A DNA stretch of 64,000 nt from Bacteroidia bacterium (lineage in GTDB: Bacteria; Bacteroidota; Bacteroidia; Bacteroidales; VadinHA17), in the NCBI GenBank assembly GCA_026391555.1, contig JAPLEB010000122.1, forward strand, positions 8,778-72,777, given 5' to 3'. The notes beneath the pieces were generated by a model. It saw only the letters and a program-made list of their open reading frames with translations, had not been told where the DNA came from and did no database searches. The position numbers and the translations under genes were made by a program. Position 1 is the first letter of the stretch, and every line of letters starts with the position of its first letter. Shown piece after piece: positions 58,440 through 64,000 of this stretch.

Positions 58440-59020
58440 AAAAGTTAATGACGCTACCATCCCTTCAACCATTTTCGTTGGTGGGAGGAACAGCCTTGTC
58501 GTTACGGTATGGCCATCGCAGTTCGGTTGATCTGGATTTATTTTTTCATGAAAAATTTGATCATCCCCAAGTAATTGATGAACTTGAGGCAACTTTCAAA
58601 CATAGATTTGTTTACAAACAGCAACAGACACAGTTTGGAATTTTTTGTTTCATTGATGACATTAAAGTTGATATTGTTCACTTTCCCCACCTGCCGATTG
58701 CTGCTATTGAGGAGGAGGACAAAATAAGAATGTACAGCAGCGCTGATATTTCTGCAATGAAGATTCAAGCTATATTTGGGAGGGCAAAGAAAAAGGACTT
58801 TTGGGATTTGTATGAATTACTCCGGCATTACCCGTTGCAACAACTTATTGAATGGCACAAACAGAAATATCCCAGCCAAATGCTGGCAATAAGTATTCCT
58901 CATGCAATCACCTACTTTGCCGATGCAGAAGAAAGCGAAGCACCCGTGAGTTTTGAAAATCAAACATGGGAACGAATAAAAAAGGGCATTTCGAAAACGG
59001 TGAGTGATTATCTGAGATAA
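58394..59020 (+). CDS. AbiEii/AbiGii-family nucleotidyltransferase toxin
   Basis: 208 aa with FSLVGGTALSLRYGHRSSVDLDLF, the GG...DxD NTase core typical of AbiEii. Confidence 0.8.
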   Translation: MLHTEAVDPGALSLLKKLMTLPSLQPFSLVGGTALSLRYGHRSSVDLDLFFHEKFDHPQVIDELEATFKHRFVYKQQQTQFGIFCFIDDIKVDIVHFPHLPIAAIEEEDKIRMYSSADISAMKIQAIFGRAKKKDFWDLYELLRHYPLQQLIEWHKQKYPSQMLAISIPHAITYFADAEESEAPVSFENQTWERIKKGISKTVSDYLR

Positions 59021-59039
59021 AAGGGAAAAGGCAAAAGAT
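59019..59039 (+). repeat. Heptad word array, 3 units
   Basis: AAAAGGG AAAAGGC AAAAGAT, starting inside the AbiEii stop codon. Confidence 0.6.
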
Positions 59040-59248
59040 AACCTGACTGCCCTGTCTTTCCTTTAGCGATTTATCGGGGAAGTGGAGCTCAGTACTGATT
59101 AGTTACTCAGAAAATAATTTTGTATCTCTTAAGAATTTTTATATCTTGCGGTTCCCTGTTTAGGTTTGATTCTATCCATTTATTCAGGTGTAGAAGTTAA
59201 TTTCGTTGTTTTAAAATAGTAATTATTGATAATAAAAATAATTAAATA

Positions 59249-60088
59249 ATGAAGTCACGTCGTCAATTTTTTAAGTTGGCCGGTACAGGCATTATTGCAG
59301 CAGGGGTATCATCTGTTTACGCTTCATCAGGCATTCCATCTCTGATTGAAAATACGCCAGATATTTTCAGTATTGGAATGGCTGGTTTTACATTCAAGGA
59401 ATTCACTGTTGAGAAAACCATCGAAATGATGAATAGGATAAGGGTTACCAACCTTTCTCTGAAAGATTTTCACATGCCATTGAACAGCACCCAGGAACAG
59501 ATTAATGCTGTTTTAGAGAAGTTTAAAATTGCAGGAATTAATGTTTACACTGTTGGCGTAGTTTATATGAAGACCCAGGAGTCAGTTGATCAGGCCTTTG
59601 AATATGCAAAAATGGCCGGAGTTAAAATGATAGTCGGGGCCCCAAATTACGAGCTTCTTCCATACGTAGAGAAAAAGATAAAAACATACGACTTCAAACT
59701 TGCAATTCATAATCATGGTCCGGATAACCCACTCTATCCGAATGCCACAGATATATGGGACCATATAAAAGACCTTGATCCACGTATAGGGATATGCATC
59801 GATATCGGGCATACAACCAGGGACGGTGAGGATCCTTCAGCTGATATTGAGAAATATAGCAAACGGATTTATGACATTCATATCAAGGATGTTAACAAAG
59901 CCACAAAGGAGGGTAAGACAATTGAAATTGGCAGGGGAGTTATCGATATTCCAAAGGTAGTCGCCACTCTTCGTAAAGTTAAATACAGTGGAAGTTGCAG
60001 TCTTGAATTTGAAAAAGATATGAAAGACCCGCTTGCAGGAATAGCCGAATCGATAGGATATTTCAAAGGGGTGATGGCATGTAAGTAA
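59249..60088 (+). CDS. Tat-exported xylose-isomerase-like TIM-barrel protein
   Basis: 279 aa with the signal SRRQFFKLAGTGIIAAGV and motifs LAIHNHG, IDIGHTTRDG, IHIKD and CSLEFE. Confidence 0.8.
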   Translation: MKSRRQFFKLAGTGIIAAGVSSVYASSGIPSLIENTPDIFSIGMAGFTFKEFTVEKTIEMMNRIRVTNLSLKDFHMPLNSTQEQINAVLEKFKIAGINVYTVGVVYMKTQESVDQAFEYAKMAGVKMIVGAPNYELLPYVEKKIKTYDFKLAIHNHGPDNPLYPNATDIWDHIKDLDPRIGICIDIGHTTRDGEDPSADIEKYSKRIYDIHIKDVNKATKEGKTIEIGRGVIDIPKVVATLRKVKYSGSCSLEFEKDMKDPLAGIAESIGYFKGVMACK

Positions 60089-60165
60089 TGAATAGTGAGT
60101 AGTGAATAGTGAATAGTGAATAGTGAATAGTGAATAGTGAATAGTGAATAGTGAATAGTGAATAG
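60089..60165 (+). repeat. Tandem heptamer (TGAATAG) x 11
   Basis: 11 consecutive units counted by hand, with one variant (TGAGTAG as unit 2). The array starts 1 nt after the TAA stop of the TIM-barrel gene. Confidence 0.95.
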
Positions 60166-60189
60166 TAATGCGAAATAAGTTCAATTTAA

Positions 60190-60220
60190 TCCCCTCATGG
60201 GAGAGGCCAAAGGTGGGTTA
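60190..60220 (+). repeat. C/G-word element (short relative of 2383-2434)
   Basis: TCCCCTCATGGGAGAGGCCAAAGGTGGGTTA. The reverse complement of 2383-2434 is TCCCCTCCTGGGAGAGCC...GGTGGGTTA. They share 17 of 19 nt at the 5-prime end and 9 of 9 at the 3-prime end. Confidence 0.5.
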
Positions 60221-60299
60221 ATGGATCAACTTGAAGAGAAAGTTAAGCGATTTTTTAATGCCGCCGATTAATAATTTGTAAACCTTTATAGAAAATAAT

Positions 60300-61715
60300 A
60301 TGAAAAATAAAACACGTCGTGATTTTCTGAAAAAATCCCTTCTGACCGGTGTAGGCCTGATTACTCTTCCTGAAATACTGAGGCAATCTACATTTGCCAT
60401 TGGTTCGCCAAATAAGCTCATTCAGTTTGCTCAAATCGGTTGTGGCCGTGAAGGAACTTCAGATTATGAAGGGACAATGAAACACACGGACCTTTGCAGA
60501 ATGGTTGCTGTTTGTGACCTTGACTCACGAAGAGTTGATTTAGCAAAAAAGACTGTTGAGGAGTTCTACAGGAATAAAGGGGAAACGAATGTTGATGTGA
60601 AAGCCTATCATGACTTCAATGAAGTGCTTGCCCGTCCAGATATTGATGCTGTAATCGTCAGCGTTCCTGACCATCAACACGCATTTGTTGCTGTCAAGGC
60701 AGTACTTGCCGGGAAGGATGTGTACGTTCAGAAGCCATTGACATATTCAATATCAGAGGCAATAGCTTTGCGGACAGCCGTCAGGTCAAGGAAGATAATT
60801 CTTCAGACGGGTAGTCAGCAACGTTCCGAAAAACCCTGGAACACATTTCGTATTGCCAGTGAAGCGGTTCGCAATGGTCGCATTGGAAAGCTTCACTCAG
60901 TAAAAATCGGTATTGGGATAGACAAAATTAAGGGTGTTAAGCCATTACCCCAGACTCCTCCTTCAACCTTTGATTATGAACGCTGGCTGGGAGCAGCACC
61001 TGAGCAACCCTATATGGAATTCAGGTGTCATCCTCAGGACAGTATCGACGGAAGGCCAGGCTGGATAACAACTGAAGACTTTGGCCTTGGAATGATAACC
61101 AACTGGGGAGCACATCATATGGATATAGCTCATTGGGCTATGGGGTTAGAACTTGACGGGCCTTTATCTGTTGTGGCAAAAGCTGACTTCATGAAAGATG
61201 ATGTATGGACCGTTCACACTACTTACCATGCAGAGATGATGTATCCGGGTAATATACAGGTGATCCTTGATAATAAGTTTACCAACGGTATTCAGTTCGA
61301 AGGATCCGATGGGATGGTATTTTGTGCCCGTGGCAGCGAAAAGGTAACCAAAAGCGACCCTGTTTCCACAGTTGATGATAAGAAAGGTCCGCTTTTTGCC
61401 AGTAACGATAAAATTCTATATCCCAGGGTAGGTTCCGAAGGTAAAATATGGATGCCAAGTGCTGACCATTACCGTAACTGGCTCGAAAGCATTATAAGCC
61501 GTAAAGATCCAATAGCCCCGGTCGATCAGTCAACCCGTAGCCTTGAGGCGTGTGCAGTAGCCTGGATAGGAATGAAGCTGAACCGTAAACTCACCTGGGA
61601 TGCTAAGAAAGAGAAGTTTGTCGGCGATAAAGAAGCTAATGCAATGCTGTCGCGCAAAGCACGTAAACCTGAATACGACTTAACTTTATTAATGAAGAAG
61701 GCAGGATTGGTCTGA
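60300..61715 (+). CDS. Tat-exported Gfo/Idh/MocA-family oxidoreductase
   Basis: 471 aa with the signal TRRDFLKKSLLTGVGLITL, Rossmann segment FAQIGCGREG and VSVPDHQHAFVAVKAVLAGKDVYVQKPL. Confidence 0.85.
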   Translation: MKNKTRRDFLKKSLLTGVGLITLPEILRQSTFAIGSPNKLIQFAQIGCGREGTSDYEGTMKHTDLCRMVAVCDLDSRRVDLAKKTVEEFYRNKGETNVDVKAYHDFNEVLARPDIDAVIVSVPDHQHAFVAVKAVLAGKDVYVQKPLTYSISEAIALRTAVRSRKIILQTGSQQRSEKPWNTFRIASEAVRNGRIGKLHSVKIGIGIDKIKGVKPLPQTPPSTFDYERWLGAAPEQPYMEFRCHPQDSIDGRPGWITTEDFGLGMITNWGAHHMDIAHWAMGLELDGPLSVVAKADFMKDDVWTVHTTYHAEMMYPGNIQVILDNKFTNGIQFEGSDGMVFCARGSEKVTKSDPVSTVDDKKGPLFASNDKILYPRVGSEGKIWMPSADHYRNWLESIISRKDPIAPVDQSTRSLEACAVAWIGMKLNRKLTWDAKKEKFVGDKEANAMLSRKARKPEYDLTLLMKKAGLV

Positions 61716-61781
61716 ACCGTACAATAATACAATGAGTCTGCTGGAAAGCATAGTTATAAATAACATATCACTAGTGCCACG

Positions 61782-61895
61782 TCAGCGGTTGTATGACGGA
61801 TAAAGTCTTTTTAGTTTGATTCGGGCTTTCTCCGTTGTGAACTGCCAGTTAATCTTCTTATCTAACCCATTACGAGACTGCTCCCAGGTTTCAAC
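61782..61895 (-). pseudogene. Transposase C-terminal fragment (possibly IS630-like)
   Basis: The minus strand reads VETWEQSRNGLDKKINWQFTTEKARIKLKRLYPSYNR then a stop, and an in-frame stop lies just upstream. W.FT...AR.KLK.LYP resembles the C-terminal tail of DDE transposases I recall. The family is uncertain. Confidence 0.35.
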
Positions 61896-61965
61896 TTATT
61901 CTCTGACTTGTTCTATGAATATCTGTTTTTAGCGATTGAATATTGATATATTAAATTAGAAGAAT

Positions 61966-64000
61966 ATGAAAAAATCCATCCTACTTATTATCAGCTTGTA
62001 TGTCACAATGATGCTGCAAGCACAAGTTTTCAAATCAGTTAATGCTACTGCAGGTGGTTTATCAACAGCTTTAACCGCCACAGAGCTTAACACAGTTACT
62101 AACCTCACGCTTACAGGCACCATAGATGCCCGCGACTTTAAAACCATGCGCGATAGCATGCCTGTTTTAGCGGAACTGGATTTGATCGCTGTTACTATTG
62201 ACGCTTATACCGGCACGGAGGGAACGGCAATTACAGGTAGTGTTGCTTATCCTGCAAATGTTCTTCCAACTGGAGCATTTAGCAATACTGTTTCATTTAA
62301 TGAAAGATTGAAATCAGTTATTCTGCCATCATCGATTACATCGATCGGTAACTGGAGCTTTGGATATTGTAATAATATAACCTCTCTTAATGTCCCGGTG
62401 GGAGTAACTTCGTTAGGAAACTATGCCTTTAAAGGCTGTGCAGGTTTGACATCATTAATTCTCCCGGAAGGGCTTATTTCAATTGGATTCGATGTTTTTG
62501 AAAACTGTACTGACCTTACATCAATTATTATCCCGGCAGGGGTCACTTCGATTGGTGGTTATACCTTTTTTGGATGCAGTGGTTTGACTTCAATAACAAT
62601 TCCTTCGTCTGTCACTTCTATTGGATCTGCTGCTTTTCTGAACTTCAATGGTTTGATTACGGTTGAAGCAAGCAATCCTAATTATTCAAGTGTTAATGGT
62701 TTGTTGTTTAATTTTACAAAAACGAAATTAATACAATGTCCTGTTTCAAAAACTGGAAGCTATACTATTCCTTCAACGGTTACTACCATTGGTGAGAGTG
62801 CTTTTATGGGCTGTAGTGGTTTAACTTCAATTACCATACCTTCATCGGTTACAACCATAGGAACTCAATGTTTTAATGGTTGCAGCGGTTTAAGTTCAAT
62901 CTTTGCAAATCCAATCTTACCAGTAGATTTAAGTTCATCATCAGGTGTTTTTGGAAACGTTGATAAATCAACCTGTGGTTTGTTTGTGCCACAAAACTCT
63001 AAGAATGCGTACCAGGAATCAAATCAATGGAAAGATTTTGATAATATTTTTGAAAAAAACGGTTTTGTACTTTCAGCTTCATCTGTTAAACTTGCCTATA
63101 CTGATAATGCATCGGATTCTGTAATTATTACAGCCAATACCTCATGGACAGCCAACTCTGACCAAACATGGCTCTCAGTAAATCCTCAAACAGGCACAGG
63201 TAACGAAACCCTTGTTTTCAAAGCCGAACAAAATAATCCAAATGAGGACCGATTGGCAACAGTGACCGTTTCAGCGGCCGATATTCCCTCTCAAACTATT
63301 TCTGTAACACAAGAAGCCGGACCAGTAACTGTTAATGTTTCTGCAGGAGGTTTATCAGAAGCCCTTACTGTCAATGAAAAAAACACCTTTACTAAACTTA
63401 GGCTTACAGGCGTCATCGATGCTCGCGATTTTAAGACAATGCGCGATAATATGCCCCTATTAGCTGTATTGGATTTGAGTGGGGTAACTATTGCTGCTTA
63501 TAATGGCATTGAAGGAACTGGCCCGGGGAGTAGCAAATATCCGGCAGATGCAATTCCAAAGTTTGCATTTTGCGATTCAACTACTTCGGTAGGTAAAACT
63601 AGTTTGACCTCATTTATTCTACCTTCATCAGTGAAATCGATCGGAAATTATTCTTTGAAAAACTGCAGCGGTTTGATTGGAGCATTAACCTTACCGTCAT
63701 CAGTAACTACTATAGGAGATGGAGCTTTTTACAACTGTCTAGGCATAAGCTCTATTAATATTCCAGAAGGGGTTACATCGATCAGATTTTCTACTTTTAA
63801 GTACTGTTCTGCTTTAACCTCGATTATTATTCCCAAAGGGGTTACTTCGATAGAAGGATTTGTTTTTTCTTATTGTACCAAATTAACTTCAATTAAAATT
63901 CCTTCATTGGTTACTTTAATTGAACAATGTGCTTTTGATAATTGCAGCGGTTTAACTTCTATCTATGCGTATCGCATCTCACCTGTTGATTTAGGATCTA
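61966..64000 (+). CDS. Cell-surface leucine-rich-repeat (BspA-type) protein with BACON-like domain, partial (runs off right edge)
   Basis: Absent from the ORF track because it is open to the window end. My translation is MKKSILLIISLYVTMMLQAQVFKSVNATAGGLSTALT... with repeated ~23-aa units (ITSIGNWSFGYCNNITSLNVP, VTSLGNYAFKGCAGLTSLILP, and others). A BACON-like segment follows (TSWTANSDQTWLSVNPQTGTGNETLVFKAEQNNPNEDRLATVTV). The module repeats from 63331. Confidence 0.8.
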   Translation, partial: MKKSILLIISLYVTMMLQAQVFKSVNATAGGLSTALTATELNTVTNLTLTGTIDARDFKTMRDSMPVLAELDLIAVTIDAYTGTEGTAITGSVAYPANVLPTGAFSNTVSFNERLKSVILPSSITSIGNWSFGYCNNITSLNVPVGVTSLGNYAFKGCAGLTSLILPEGLISIGFDVFENCTDLTSIIIPAGVTSIGGYTFFGCSGLTSITIPSSVTSIGSAAFLNFNGLITVEASNPNYSSVNGLLFNFTKTKLIQCPVSKTGSYTIPSTVTTIGESAFMGCSGLTSITIPSSVTTIGTQCFNGCSGLSSIFANPILPVDLSSSSGVFGNVDKSTCGLFVPQNSKNAYQESNQWKDFDNIFEKNGFVLSASSVKLAYTDNASDSVIITANTSWTANSDQTWLSVNPQTGTGNETLVFKAEQNNPNEDRLATVTVSAADIPSQTISVTQEAGPVTVNVSAGGLSEALTVNEKNTFTKLRLTGVIDARDFKTMRDNMPLLAVLDLSGVTIAAYNGIEGTGPGSSKYPADAIPKFAFCDSTTSVGKTSLTSFILPSSVKSIGNYSLKNCSGLIGALTLPSSVTTIGDGAFYNCLGISSINIPEGVTSIRFSTFKYCSALTSIIIPKGVTSIEGFVFSYCTKLTSIKIPSLVTLIEQCAFDNCSGLTSIYAYRISPVDLGS

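Noticed and set aside
60089-60165. Possible CRISPR array
   Set aside because: The 7-nt units are contiguous with no spacers, and no cas genes are present. No repeat-spacer architecture exists anywhere in the window.
59837-60184. 115-aa minus-strand ORF with HYSLFTIHYSLFTIHYSLF
   Set aside because: It is a translation artefact of the (TGAATAG)11 repeat plus antisense of the TIM-barrel gene.

Overview
This looks like a Bacteroidota chromosome segment. The evidence is T9SS C-terminal sorting domains, SusC/SusD pairs, a hybrid two-component regulator and TAnnTTTG promoter boxes.

- **1-18.3 kb: housekeeping genes.** These are a CCA-adding enzyme (cut by the window edge), thioredoxin, xseB/xseA, an S8 peptidase, a MORN protein, dnaK, panB, an RluA-like synthase, a histidine kinase/response regulator pair, cdd, a GH73-LysM muramidase, fmt, ribBA, lptF/G and a START-like protein. 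One intruder sits here: a DUF559 endonuclease mini-cassette with 31-nt inverted repeats inside the xseA-xseB operon, and it has duplicated the xseB start.
- **18.4-21.5 kb: accessory patch.** A tRNA(CAT) with an odd T-loop is followed by an MNT/HepT toxin-antitoxin pair. That pair is bracketed by two direct copies of a 274-bp MITE-like element. Next come a secreted protein made of three tandem plug-like modules and a Cys-rich lipoprotein.
- **21.6-55.1 kb: a sulfatase-rich polysaccharide utilization locus of about 34 kb.** It contains an HTCS regulator, two tandem SusC/SusD pairs, two GH27/36-like proteins with an altered DDxW motif, and four intact sulfatases (one Cys-type, three Ser-type). 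It also holds three paralogs of a putative TIM-barrel glycosidase that I cannot assign to a family. I rate this paralog set and its PUL as the best candidate for undescribed biology.
- **55.2-61.7 kb: Tat-exported enzyme set.** Three xylose-isomerase-like TIM-barrel proteins and a Gfo/Idh/MocA oxidoreductase are interrupted by gene stubs, an AbiEii-type module and 7-nt-periodic word repeats.
- **61.97 kb to the end:** a modular LRR/BACON surface protein.

I found no rRNA, CRISPR array, integrase or prophage.
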